A stretch of DNA of 63,750 bases from a virus (Duplodnaviria; Caudoviricetes), in the IMG/VR virus record IMGVR_UViG_3300044630_001179, positions 1 to 63,750 of that record. One strand, given 5' to 3'. A program made the position numbers and the translations under genes. This document shows, piece by piece, positions 34,002-44,218 of this stretch (position 1 is the first letter of the stretch; every line of letters starts with the position of its first letter). The notes under the pieces are model-generated. The model did not search any database. It saw nothing but the letters and a program-made list of their open reading frames with translations, and was not told where the DNA came from.

Positions 34002-37000
34002 TTAAGATGTTCCGCATATTGGTAACATAGACCAAAATGACTGATGGGTTAACGATGTACTTGATGTAGCTATTATTGTTCCTCCTGAGTTTCTTAATTC
34101 AAGTGTAAAGTAAACAGGGGTCGCTGAACCGCTTGGCTCAAAATATGTTATTTGACCATTATCAGGGTCTGAATCTGATATAGTCACAGTAGCCGTAGAA
34201 GAAGGGAAACCTGTAGTTACAGTTATGTAAGACCCAACCGGAGCGTTTGATGTGTTTATACCATATCTAACTGTACAAGCTGCGTTGTCATTACAATTGT
34301 TCTCTCTACACTCAGGAGCACCTAAGGATATTGATGCCGCAAAACAGTTTGCTTGACAGTCCTCTAAGGTAGAGTATGTTCCACTTCCATCTCCCGGGTC
34401 AACACAACTTCCACTTTCGCAGTTGTAAGACTCTACCACAGGAGCACCACATCCACAACAAGCATCACTTGCACTTTCGTCCGAATAGCATAATGTTGTT
34501 GAGATGGCTTCTCTTAAATCCCAAATAAAGTACAAGTAATCTTGTAATGCAGGAACCGTAAAGTTTGCAAAATTATTTGTTCCTCCTCCTTGATTAGGTG
34601 TAGCTGTAGTAGCCAACCCTAATAAAGTATTAATATCAGAGGTGTTATTTCCGTATAGAGTATCTGATGTATAGTACTTAAACTCGTCTGTTGCAGGATT
34701 AAATACGAATGTGTCAGTAGCAAATTGATTAGTAATTAAGCTAACCGTACTACCTGTAGGAGGGAATGCTCCTGTTCCTACAGCACCCGTTGTCACGTTG
34801 TATCTTGATATAAGAGGTGTAGTTGTTCCTGATGCAAACGTTACAAGACTTGACTGTAATGGAGAGGTAAACGCTCCATCTACATATCTATATTGCGTAT
34901 GAATGGTATCACCTGAGTCATAGTCATTAGTCAATACAACCTGAACGATTGTTAATTGAGCCGCTTGACAACAATCAGCAAGTACACTTAAAATAATATC
35001 TCCTGTATAATTAATTGTAATTGAAACAGTTTCTACCGATACGTTATTCTTATCAAATGTTATTACACCACTTTCAGTTACAAATCCTGTAGTGTCAGTT
35101 GTACCATCATACTCAACTACTATCTCGAACTCACCATCTTCGCTTATTGATACAACTGAATAAATCACATCAGCAAGACCAACGGTAGGACCCAAATCAA
35201 CACAATAGTTGAAAGACTTGGTCTCTTCGGCTAATGTAGTTAATGTAAATGTTTGAGATATACCACACTCTATACACTCAATATTGTAAGGTAAGTCTAA
35301 CTCATTACTTGATAGAACGTACTCGTTCATATAAGGGTCAAAACCACCAAGTTTTTGTGTATTAAACGAAATGTTAAACTCATCTCTAAACCAAGTTCTC
35401 ATATTCATCTCAGAGATAACTTTCAATTGGTCTTGAGCATAAGAGTCTCCTCTTAATTGAATCACAGCTCCACGCTTTACGTCAGTAAAGTATCTGTCAT
35501 AACCCCATTGAACATAACTCTCAGGGTTAAAACTAATACCATATTTCTCGCTACGAGCAATCTGCGTTCCCAATACCTGAGGTACAGATGCTACAACTCC
35601 TCCTCCTGTGGAGTCAGAGATAAGATTCTTATCAGCCAATACATATGAAATCTTGTCTTCTTGTAATAAAAGTATATCTGTTTGACGACCATCCATTACG
35701 AATATCTCTCCAAATGATGGTTCACAAACTTTATAGTTAAGTAATCCTAAATTAAATTCATTTAACTTATTTACGTTTGACTCATCACTATATACGCCAC
35801 TGTATGTAATATCAGCAAATCTATCTGCCGCTTTATAATCTTGAGCAGAAACGCTTGTTACTCTGTTTCCAAAGTTGAACGAGTTGCCTACTATAGAGTC
35901 TCTAATCTTATAACTCTCGGCTCCGTTTCCAAAAGCAAAGCAGTTAAAGAATTTTGTATCTACAATTGCAGGGATGCCTGCTGCAATATTTTGGTCTTGA
36001 ATATTACCTAAGTGGTTTCCCCCAACAATAGGTAGTGACAATTCATTTTCAAAAAACACATCAGGTAACGAATCAGATGGAAGAGTCTCAAATATGATTG
36101 TCTTATCTGAACGGAATACCGTTATATTAACTTCAACATTTGAAGCACGAGCATTAGGATAGCCTACGCCTGTACAAGGAAGTGTTCCCGTTACCATCAA
36201 TTGTAATTGGTTGGTAGCTGTATTTCTATAAAACTTATAGTAGTTAATACATAAGTCAGTTAATATATCTCCTGCCGTATTTGTAATCCCGGGAATAAAT
36301 TCATTATCAGGAGTACATTGTCCTCCACCTGCATATCTTGTACCATCATTTAAAAACTGCTCAACATCATCACCTATCCACCAATCATACATATTGTCGT
36401 ATGCATTTGATGAAATAAGCGTTTTTTCCAAAGTGTTTCTTCTTTCCTCACAAGAATTACCAACACCACCTCTGCTCTGTTTAATACTTAATACAATGCG
36501 GCTACCTGCCGGTACATCATAATCAACCCAAGCTGATGTAGCTGTATCAAATCTATTCATTGGATAGTAAAGAATAGGATAAGGTCCTCCTCTTGGAGAG
36601 GTTTCAGTCACCTTTCCCGGAGCTATAATAGCTAATTCATCCTGAACAATGTTAAAGCTGTTAGGATTAATTTTAGCATATACACCTGCAGGTATTGGTA
36701 TCATTACATCAGGGTCCAATGCACTTGGTATTTCCAAGAAGCCTGATGCCTGAGAAGACTTCTCAAGTATAGTTGCATAAACACAAGAACTTGTAGGACC
36801 ATTAGAATCAGCCTTAACAATAAGCCTGTCTCCTGCTTCTACCTTACGTGCGTTCTCACCTTCAAGCAAGAAATATGCATTGTTTGTTATAGGGTCTTGG
36901 AAGAAAATGCTAACGTAAATCGTTTCATAGTTTTCTTCGTCAGGCTTAATAACAAACTTATATCTTGTTGCCCAAGATGGAGGTAATTGAGTTGGCGGTA

Positions 37001-38852
37001 TTACAACCTGAATAGCATTCTTAAAAGCAGAGAGTCCACAAGGAATATGCTCTGTGTTATTAGGACTTACAAGAGCAGTTGTTGCTCTATTAAAGTCATC
37101 CATATATACAATACCAATCTCATAGTCACGATTGCTGTGCAAACTTTGTGGGTTTGCAATCTCTTGGAATGTAGCCTCTGCAAATGATACTGCATAGTAC
37201 TCATAAAACGTTTGAGTAGGAGTACTTAAATTATTAACGTATCGCATTGCAGGGAACTGAAGTCCAATTACACTACTGCCGGGACTTGTTACAATACCAA
37301 CAGGTTGTGCAACCGCACTAATACCACTTCCATTCTTAATGAATGCATCTAAGTTATTTGGTATCGCACAGTTAAATGCATCTGTAAATGTTGTTCCATT
37401 ACAAGCATTGGCTACTGTTTGAATATTTGCAGCAGTACCTACTGCATTTTGAAACTCTACGCTCGTTGCCAACTGATACACTGATGTATATGTAGTAGAC
37501 AAAAAGAACGCAAAGTTTAATCTAACATTGTCTGTTGTTTCGGTAGGGAACGGAGTTTGACCGGTAAACTGAGAGTGAGATATTGTTATCTCTAAGTTGA
37601 TTGCCGAACCTGACACTAATGTCTGTCCTGCTAAATCAAATGTAACTATAGCGTTTGCAATATTTACACTTCCGTTTATTGAATAGTTTCCTGATTGAAG
37701 ACCATCGTCAATATTTGTATTACCAATAGCAGTAGATACTAAATTAGTAGTGTACTCAAATTTAACAGGAGCACCAAATTGGTCTACTAAATCATATCCC
37801 TCAACATAGTTACCATACATTAATCTATTACCCATAATTGTCTGAGCCTTGGCAAAACGAGGTACGTTATCGTACAATCTCAATAGCTCAGCCTCAGATA
37901 GAATGGTGAATATTTTGCTGTTTGTAAATGTATATTGATAGTTGGTATTGTCTGCAAGACCTAAATTAGCCTTGTCGAGTTTCTCAATAACCTTAATTAC
38001 ATTGCCATCTGCTCTCTTAAATAATAAGTCTATACCAACTACAAGAGAACTACCTGAGTTGTATGTAACAATTGCTGAGTTACAGAAATTAGTCATACCC
38101 TCATTTAAGAAACTCTCAATACTAAAGCTAAATGGATTAGGCACAAACGCAGGTTGAGACCACTGAGAAGTGGCACTATACTCTCCGTCAATGTATCTGT
38201 ATCTGTAAGCAAAGCAAATGAATCTTGTGTTCAAAAAGTTCTCTTGACCATTGGTTACAATTGGCTCAACTCCCGGTGATTCTACCGGTGGCTTCTTAAT
38301 AACAAGCAATGACTCTGCTGTGATTTGGTCTACATTACCAATTGGATTAGGGTAGTTCCTTTTGATGTTCATACATCTCGGAGCATTATAATCATCAGTA
38401 AAAAAGAACAAATCGTTTAATATATCAATACCCGTAACTAAGTAGTTCGGGTTAAAGTTAAGTGTTGTGTTAACGCCACCACCATCATCAACAGAGACAA
38501 TGTGATAGGTTAAAATGTTTGATGAAACATTAAAAGAAACAATTAAGTCAAGTTTGCCCGTAGCACCTTCTGAAAAATTTGGGTCGTGCACAAGCCAAAA
38601 GATAGTCTCAGTTGCACTATCTTGAAGTGCCCCAATACATCTTGCTGATGCACTGAGCGGAGTTCCGTCAATATAAGCCAATGAAGTAAGGGGAAGATTC
38701 CCCTTTGTATTTTCAATTACCCCAACTTCTGAGTTCTCTGTTGAACCCATCCTGATATTCATAGCATCTATATACTCACCTTCAGGCAGTAAACGTTGGT
38801 CTACTACCTTGTTCATCCTACCTGCTATAAAGTTTCTTGAAATATTTGCCAT
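34002..38852 (-). CDS. Tail stabilisation/nozzle protein (P22 gp10/crAss muzzle-like), N-terminal portion with Cys-rich extension
   Basis: F.AGRMNK..D.RL.P.GEY.DA.N, AQ..MGNRLMYGNY..GY, SLHSNRDYEIGIVY.D, YGIS.NPES, YFTD..RG.V..L. Confidence 0.7.
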   Translation of the reverse strand: MANISRNFIAGRMNKVVDQRLLPEGEYIDAMNIRMGSTENSEVGVIENTKGNLPLTSLAYIDGTPLSASARCIGALQDSATETIFWLVHDPNFSEGATGKLDLIVSFNVSSNILTYHIVSVDDGGGVNTTLNFNPNYLVTGIDILNDLFFFTDDYNAPRCMNIKRNYPNPIGNVDQITAESLLVIKKPPVESPGVEPIVTNGQENFLNTRFICFAYRYRYIDGEYSATSQWSQPAFVPNPFSFSIESFLNEGMTNFCNSAIVTYNSGSSLVVGIDLLFKRADGNVIKVIEKLDKANLGLADNTNYQYTFTNSKIFTILSEAELLRLYDNVPRFAKAQTIMGNRLMYGNYVEGYDLVDQFGAPVKFEYTTNLVSTAIGNTNIDDGLQSGNYSINGSVNIANAIVTFDLAGQTLVSGSAINLEITISHSQFTGQTPFPTETTDNVRLNFAFFLSTTYTSVYQLATSVEFQNAVGTAANIQTVANACNGTTFTDAFNCAIPNNLDAFIKNGSGISAVAQPVGIVTSPGSSVIGLQFPAMRYVNNLSTPTQTFYEYYAVSFAEATFQEIANPQSLHSNRDYEIGIVYMDDFNRATTALVSPNNTEHIPCGLSAFKNAIQVVIPPTQLPPSWATRYKFVIKPDEENYETIYVSIFFQDPITNNAYFLLEGENARKVEAGDRLIVKADSNGPTSSCVYATILEKSSQASGFLEIPSALDPDVMIPIPAGVYAKINPNSFNIVQDELAIIAPGKVTETSPRGGPYPILYYPMNRFDTATSAWVDYDVPAGSRIVLSIKQSRGGVGNSCEERRNTLEKTLISSNAYDNMYDWWIGDDVEQFLNDGTRYAGGGQCTPDNEFIPGITNTAGDILTDLCINYYKFYRNTATNQLQLMVTGTLPCTGVGYPNARASNVEVNITVFRSDKTIIFETLPSDSLPDVFFENELSLPIVGGNHLGNIQDQNIAAGIPAIVDTKFFNCFAFGNGAESYKIRDSIVGNSFNFGNRVTSVSAQDYKAADRFADITYSGVYSDESNVNKLNEFNLGLLNYKVCEPSFGEIFVMDGRQTDILLLQEDKISYVLADKNLISDSTGGGVVASVPQVLGTQIARSEKYGISFNPESYVQWGYDRYFTDVKRGAVIQLRGDSYAQDQLKVISEMNMRTWFRDEFNISFNTQKLGGFDPYMNEYVLSSNELDLPYNIECIECGISQTFTLTTLAEETKSFNYCVDLGPTVGLADVIYSVVSISEDGEFEIVVEYDGTTDTTGFVTESGVITFDKNNVSVETVSITINYTGDIILSVLADCCQAAQLTIVQVVLTNDYDSGDTIHTQYRYVDGAFTSPLQSSLVTFASGTTTPLISRYNVTTGAVGTGAFPPTGSTVSLITNQFATDTFVFNPATDEFKYYTSDTLYGNNTSDINTLLGLATTATPNQGGGTNNFANFTVPALQDYLYFIWDLREAISTTLCYSDESASDACCGCGAPVVESYNCESGSCVDPGDGSGTYSTLEDCQANCFAASISLGAPECRENNCNDNAACTVRYGINTSNAPVGSYITVTTGFPSSTATVTISDSDPDNGQITYFEPSGSATPVYFTLELRNSGGTIIATSSTSLTHQSFWSMLPICGTS

Positions 38853-38853
38853 T

Positions 38854-39777
38854 TTATTTTATTTGCTTGTCCATACCTCTTAAGTTCATTAAGAGTCTGC
38901 CCGGATGAATATTGCTAATTCTAATTTTTGCGTTTCTCAACAATGCACTTTTCTCTTTACGAGCACGAGCAATGATGTATTCTTGCACGCCTAATTTAGA
39001 ACTTAAAATGTCATATTGAATAGATGCATAAATATATTTCTCAAACAACTTATTTACAGTAATTAAAGAATTATCTCCCTGCTCCATACCATCAGAAACG
39101 TACTCAAGAATACAAGATAATCCTGACATAGACGAATCAAAGTTAATTACTCCTGCTTTTCTATCCACATTAAATGTAGGATTAAAATTAGCTGTCTCTG
39201 TATTTAGTCCATAAGCTGTTCCAATGTTCGCCTCAAAGTACCACATACCATCATAGTTCCATCCCAACTGACCATTGAATTGATTGCCTTGATTTAAGTA
39301 GATGCTCTTCTTAGTCTTAGTTAATCTGTCAAAGTCAATGTTTGAATACTGAGGACTCAATGCGTTTCCGTCTTGGTCAAATAAAATACGACCTGTATTA
39401 TCTTGTAAGTACGCCTTAGATGAAAGTGTTTGAATATTTTCAGTCAATGGTCTTAACCAACCATCTTTATACAAAGAAACTCTTACCCAATTGACATAGT
39501 CAGAAGGTAAGATAAATCTTAACATATCAGGTACAGTCAACTCTAATACTTTAATTTCTTTAAATGCATCATAGTTTAACTCCTGAATAGCACGCTTAGC
39601 GTGGAACAATACTTTAAAACGTTCCTCGTTGTTAACCAAAGAATGGTTTCCTGAGTACATCAATAAGAAGTTATTTACAATATCTTGTAAACTTACATAC
39701 TGATACGACCCCCAATTCTTATCTTCAGGTACAACACCTCCATTTTCGTAATATTGATACTGTGATATATATGCCAT
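38854..39777 (-). CDS. Tail ring/adaptor-like structural protein
   Basis: FHAKRAIQELNYD, LPSDYVNWVR, ILEYVSDG; position after capsid genes. Confidence 0.6.
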   Translation of the reverse strand: MAYISQYQYYENGGVVPEDKNWGSYQYVSLQDIVNNFLLMYSGNHSLVNNEERFKVLFHAKRAIQELNYDAFKEIKVLELTVPDMLRFILPSDYVNWVRVSLYKDGWLRPLTENIQTLSSKAYLQDNTGRILFDQDGNALSPQYSNIDFDRLTKTKKSIYLNQGNQFNGQLGWNYDGMWYFEANIGTAYGLNTETANFNPTFNVDRKAGVINFDSSMSGLSCILEYVSDGMEQGDNSLITVNKLFEKYIYASIQYDILSSKLGVQEYIIARARKEKSALLRNAKIRISNIHPGRLLMNLRGMDKQIK

Positions 39778-39790
39778 ATCTTAAAAGTTT

Positions 39791-40729
39791 TTATGGATTT
39801 TGTTCTTGTTGTTCCTTAGCCATATTGAATTGTACAACTTCGGATTCACGAATAGATATACCACAATACTGAAGAATCCTTGTAATTAATTTATACTCAT
39901 CTTCCGGAGGTAATTCAAAGTCTTGGTAGTCAGATTGTGATTGGTCAAATACAGGCTCACCATTAGCCAAAGTAATGTATGTCCATTTAGGCACCTTAGG
40001 GTATCTAAAATAGGTTGCAAGAACCTGACCCTTGTTACTTATGGTTGTAGGGTAGAAAGTCAATTCTTCGCCTTGTAATGCGTAAACAGGGAACTCTATT
40101 GTTGGTTTAGTTAAATTAGAGTTAACCAATAAATTAAGTTTACTATTAATTACCTTTTCTGCTTGATTAATAGTTGAAGAAGAAAATATCGCATAAGCGT
40201 TACCTGCTGCCAAAAATATATTTGAATCTAATTGAATTGCTGTATTACTAAGTACCAATACCACGGTAGATACCAAACCTGTAGTAAGATTTGTAACTAC
40301 ATCTCCTGCTGAAAGACCATTGGTTAAGAATGTTGCTGTACTATCAACCAACTGCCCACTAACTACAGCAGTATTTGTCCCGGTCTTAAGCGTTACAGGC
40401 TTGCATTTAACATCCAACAACATATAGGTTAAATATCCCGTAGTTGAAGGAGTAGGCATTGAAAATTTATTAGCTGATATTTTTGAAAGATAATCTGTAC
40501 GTAAGAAATACTCCAACACTTCTGCAATAGGTTGTTCCATATCGGCATAATCTACGCCTGCTGCTCTTGCATTTTCAGCATTTATAACCTTGTTATAGCT
40601 GCTAAAATATTCCTCGTAAATTTCCATCTGCGAATTTTGAGCATACAGATTGAAATCAGAAGGTGATACATATCCGTAGTTGTTTTTATTCAACACAGAT
40701 AATACCGTATTTCTTACTGAGTTTATCAT
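39791..40729 (-). CDS. Head-tail connector/ring protein with inserted beta domain
   Basis: MINSVRNTVL..LNK.N.GY..P..FN..A, Y.R.P..PKW, DFELP; start at 40729 after TATATTTG (40744-40751). Confidence 0.6.
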   Translation of the reverse strand: MINSVRNTVLSVLNKNNYGYVSPSDFNLYAQNSQMEIYEEYFSSYNKVINAENARAAGVDYADMEQPIAEVLEYFLRTDYLSKISANKFSMPTPSTTGYLTYMLLDVKCKPVTLKTGTNTAVVSGQLVDSTATFLTNGLSAGDVVTNLTTGLVSTVVLVLSNTAIQLDSNIFLAAGNAYAIFSSSTINQAEKVINSKLNLLVNSNLTKPTIEFPVYALQGEELTFYPTTISNKGQVLATYFRYPKVPKWTYITLANGEPVFDQSQSDYQDFELPPEDEYKLITRILQYCGISIRESEVVQFNMAKEQQEQNP

Positions 40730-40754
40730 TAGTTCTTTTTTTACAAATATACAT

Positions 40755-40786
40755 AAAAAAAAAGAGGGCACAACAAGTGCCCTTCT
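40755..40786 (-). terminator. Intrinsic terminator
   Basis: On - strand AAGGGCAC-ttgtt-GTGCCCTC followed by a T-run. Confidence 0.7.
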
Positions 40787-40816
40787 TTCTAATCATCAAT
40801 CAATAATCAACATCAA

Positions 40817-41560
40817 TTATCCTAAAACAGCTTCTAACATCTTTAAGGAGTCAATGCCATCATCGCTCTGTAAGTAGTGGGCTACCATCTCATATGGGTC
40901 CTCTCCAAACGGAACAGACAACATCTTCTTCTTATTGGTAGCGGTATTAAACCACACCTCTTTGTCGCTGTTTCTTAATATCAATAATTTGTTCTCAAAG
41001 AATGTACGAACCTTAGCCTGAAACTTTAATTCAGGGTCGTTTAATATATTCAAGAACTCTTTAGGGTCTCTTTTAGCAAATACCAAAATGTCACGTCTTA
41101 ATTCAGCAGTAGACACGGTAGATGGGTCTTTTCCAAACATAACCCTTGTCAACGTTTCAATTTGGTCAAGTGATAACTGACGAGCTTCAATTAGAGCCTC
41201 AACTTCTAAGTTCAAGTCTTCTACCTCAGCAGCAGCGTCTTTTTCTTTATCTACTTCAACAAATATGTTACCGTTCAATGGGTGATAGTGGAGAAACTCC
41301 TGTAATACAGGGTTGTTCTTTGGAACTCTTAAAAAGCCATCTTCAAAGATAATAGGCTCAATAATAAAGTTTCCGTCTTGCTCGTCCTCAAATGGGGACT
41401 TTTGATTCGTGCAATATCTAAGAGCACGATTAACATTGTTCTTCTCGTCAAACCACATTAGTGGGAATCGAGGGTGATTTCTTGACGCTAACGTATATGA
41501 TAGCGGATTTCCTATTTTAAGTCTATAGACTTTATCTACAGGAGTAGTACCTTTTGCCAT
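40817..41560 (-). CDS. Capsid-adjacent hypothetical protein
   Basis: R.LRY..NQKSPF.DEQ, FEDG.L.VP; directly after the MCP gene. Confidence 0.7.
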   Translation of the reverse strand: MAKGTTPVDKVYRLKIGNPLSYTLASRNHPRFPLMWFDEKNNVNRALRYCTNQKSPFEDEQDGNFIIEPIIFEDGFLRVPKNNPVLQEFLHYHPLNGNIFVEVDKEKDAAAEVEDLNLEVEALIEARQLSLDQIETLTRVMFGKDPSTVSTAELRRDILVFAKRDPKEFLNILNDPELKFQAKVRTFFENKLLILRNSDKEVWFNTATNKKKMLSVPFGEDPYEMVAHYLQSDDGIDSLKMLEAVLG

Positions 41561-41586
41561 TTTGTATTTGATTTAATTTGATTTTT

Positions 41587-41620
41587 AAAAAAAGGAGAGT
41601 GTCTTTGAAGACACCCTCCC
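41587..41620 (-). terminator. MCP terminator whose stem is built around the 16-bp palindrome
   Basis: On - strand GGGAGG-GTGTCTTCAAAGACAC-TCTCC followed by a T7 run. Confidence 0.75.
41599..41614 (-). repeat. 16-bp palindrome, copy 10 (MCP terminator)
   Basis: Exact match. Confidence 0.9.
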
Positions 41621-41639
41621 TATAGATTTTCTTCCTTTA

Positions 41640-43058
41640 TTATCCGTAACGGAATAATACGAAGTTGTTAGCACCCAAGGTACATACGCAACGCTCAGAA
41701 AGGAAGTTAACCTCCATTGCATCCAAGTCGCTTGTAGCAGCACCACCGGCAGAACCTGTAATCCAAGTTTTGTATCTGCGGTCTTCAGCTTCAGAAGCAC
41801 GGTAACGAACGTGTAAGAAAGGACGCTTAGCGTTCTTGCCCATAATTTGGTCGTACACTGAAGTAGAACCTGCAGGAACCATCAAACCTGTGATAGTACC
41901 GGTTGCAGTTGCAGCAGTAGTATTTAAACCACCACGCATTGTTGGGTCATTTAGGTATTTCCAATCAGACTTGTAGAAGTCATAACCTCTACGGAAACCT
42001 GTGAAACCTAAGTTCAACGCCATATCAACATCGTTATCGAAAAGACCGAAAGAAGCTGATTGAGCAACACCACCTGAAGTGTAGCCGTTCAATGTAGCTA
42101 ACATATTGTCAATATCGAAGCTCAATCCACGATTTACGAATACAACGTTCTCTTCGATAGCACCTTGCTTGTCAAGACGAGAAACGATTGAATCCCAATC
42201 AGAAAGAGTTGTTGGAGTACCACCACCCCAAACGTTACCACGGTTGTTTACAACGTAGAAGATACCTTCAGAACCAATGTAACCTGCAGTAGCAGCACCT
42301 GAAGAAGATGCAGCCGGAACAGCTTCAATCATTGAAGTCTCTAAGTAATCTTCAAAACGTAAACGAGTTTCGTGCTCACTCTTTAAATACCAAAGGTATC
42401 CTGTAGCACCATTCTCTGTAGTTACTTCTACCCAACCGATTTGAGCCATATCAGAACCGTTAACCGCATACTTATCTTTGATGATAATAGGGTTGTTGCT
42501 GTAGATGTCATCTTCAGATTCTAAAGAACCAACCATTCCGTTAGTACCTTTTTTGAACTCAGAACCGTAAATGAATACAGTACATTGAGTAGAAACTGCG
42601 AATGCTTGACCTGCAGTCTCATAGTAAGCTACTGTGAAAGTAGTTGCTGAAGGAACTGCTGTAACGATAGCCTTGTTGAAAACACCTGATGTATTGTTTT
42701 GAATCATCAAAGTTTGTCCAACACGGATAGCGATGTAAGTAACACCACTGTCAGCTACAGTAAAAGTTGCGGTTGCCGCACCTGCTGCTGCTGCTGAAGT
42801 ACAGTTTGTGTACTTAATGTGTAAACGTCCTTGTTCTGCCCATTTGATTTGGTCAGAGTTAGACGGCATCTCTGCTCCTACCATACGTAAGAAAGATGCG
42901 ATTGTTCTATTACCATAACGCTCAAATTCTTTCTCGTATGTATCAGGAAGATACTGATTCAAGAAGTTGAAGTTGGTAATGTAGTTTGTCTGTAACGCCA
43001 CCTGCTCAGCACTTGGCTGTAATTGGTAGGTGGGGTTATTCAATAAAGCACTTGCCAT
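41640..43058 (-). CDS. Major capsid protein (crAss-like/Flavobacteria-phage type)
   Basis: QYLPD.YEKE.ERYGNR, W.EQGRLH, YLWYLK.E.ETR.RF.DY, GF.GFRRG.YDFYK..WKYLND, FLSERC. Confidence 0.85.
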   Translation of the reverse strand: MASALLNNPTYQLQPSAEQVALQTNYITNFNFLNQYLPDTYEKEFERYGNRTIASFLRMVGAEMPSNSDQIKWAEQGRLHIKYTNCTSAAAAGAATATFTVADSGVTYIAIRVGQTLMIQNNTSGVFNKAIVTAVPSATTFTVAYYETAGQAFAVSTQCTVFIYGSEFKKGTNGMVGSLESEDDIYSNNPIIIKDKYAVNGSDMAQIGWVEVTTENGATGYLWYLKSEHETRLRFEDYLETSMIEAVPAASSSGAATAGYIGSEGIFYVVNNRGNVWGGGTPTTLSDWDSIVSRLDKQGAIEENVVFVNRGLSFDIDNMLATLNGYTSGGVAQSASFGLFDNDVDMALNLGFTGFRRGYDFYKSDWKYLNDPTMRGGLNTTAATATGTITGLMVPAGSTSVYDQIMGKNAKRPFLHVRYRASEAEDRRYKTWITGSAGGAATSDLDAMEVNFLSERCVCTLGANNFVLFRYG

Positions 43059-43079
43059 TTTTTTTAAATTTTAATTGTT

Positions 43080-44171
43080 TTAAACTCTTTTTATACTGCG
43101 GATTTTCAGGTTTCTACCTGAATCAGGGTTTACCGCCTTCACCTGCATTCCTCCTGATGTCGTGCCAACTTCGGGTGCTTTACGCTCTGACATATTGATG
43201 TTCTTGATTTTACGAGTAACATCATCAGTTGCATCAGCCATACCTTGTTCGTAAAAATACTTAGCGAACTTGTCAGGATTCATTGCTATTGACAAAGACC
43301 TATGATAACCTGCTGCGTCTTTCATCAAACCTTGGTCATCCAAAAACTTATTTATAAAGTTTTGTGGGGTTGCTTGGTTCTTTTTCAACTCATTGGCGTC
43401 TCCCGGAGCAAACGTGAACTTCCTGTCATTAACATTGAACTCAAAACCTTTGAACTCTCCGCCAAAAACCTCGTTCGTCTTTTGGTCAAACCATTGACGT
43501 TTACGATTGTTCTCCTCTTCAATTGTCTTTGCCTCTTGGGTATATTGCTTAAAACTTTGATATACTTCTTTCTCTTCATCGGGGATAAATGCCGTTCTTG
43601 ACTCAAGGGGCATCTTGTATTTCTCCTTCTGAGAATTGAAATATTTCTTGGCTTCAGCAAGAACTTTCTTTTTTGCGATTTTTGCTTTTTTAACGGTTGA
43701 CTCATCATCCAACTCCTCGTCAAATTTGTAGTCATCCATCAAAGCCTCGATGTCATCACTATCGAGACCCTCCTGCGTAGCAGTTAGGTATTCTTTAAGA
43801 AGTTGGTCAGGATTCATCGTCTCGAAGTCATTCTTTAACTTAACAAAATCTTCAAAACCACGCCCTGTTTCCTTCTTGTATTTCATATAAGCAGCTACAT
43901 CTTCAGGTAAAGCCTCGTTGTTTTCACGCTCCGAAACTAAATCATCCAATGAGTTAATCTGCTTATTATATCTCTTACCAATATATGAAAGAACGTCTTC
44001 ATCTTTTAGCTCAACCGCTTTTGGTTGAGGTTCAGGTTCCGGGTCGGCTGCTGCCGGTTCCGGATTGTTTTCTTGATTTAACGACTCTTCGTGTTTTTCA
44101 AGTAACTGTTGTTCTACTTCTTGAACACTCTTCGGTTCAATTATGTCTAATGCTCTAACTTTTAATTCCAT
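43080..44171 (-). CDS. Capsid scaffolding protein
   Basis: Acidic coiled coil between portal and MCP; ETGR.FED, FYEQG.ADA; TAAGTTTG element at 44192-44199. Confidence 0.7.
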   Translation of the reverse strand: MELKVRALDIIEPKSVQEVEQQLLEKHEESLNQENNPEPAAADPEPEPQPKAVELKDEDVLSYIGKRYNKQINSLDDLVSERENNEALPEDVAAYMKYKKETGRGFEDFVKLKNDFETMNPDQLLKEYLTATQEGLDSDDIEALMDDYKFDEELDDESTVKKAKIAKKKVLAEAKKYFNSQKEKYKMPLESRTAFIPDEEKEVYQSFKQYTQEAKTIEEENNRKRQWFDQKTNEVFGGEFKGFEFNVNDRKFTFAPGDANELKKNQATPQNFINKFLDDQGLMKDAAGYHRSLSIAMNPDKFAKYFYEQGMADATDDVTRKIKNINMSERKAPEVGTTSGGMQVKAVNPDSGRNLKIRSIKRV

Positions 44172-44218
44172 TTGATTTGATTTAATTTATACAAACTTAT
44201 ACAAAAATTTTGACATTT

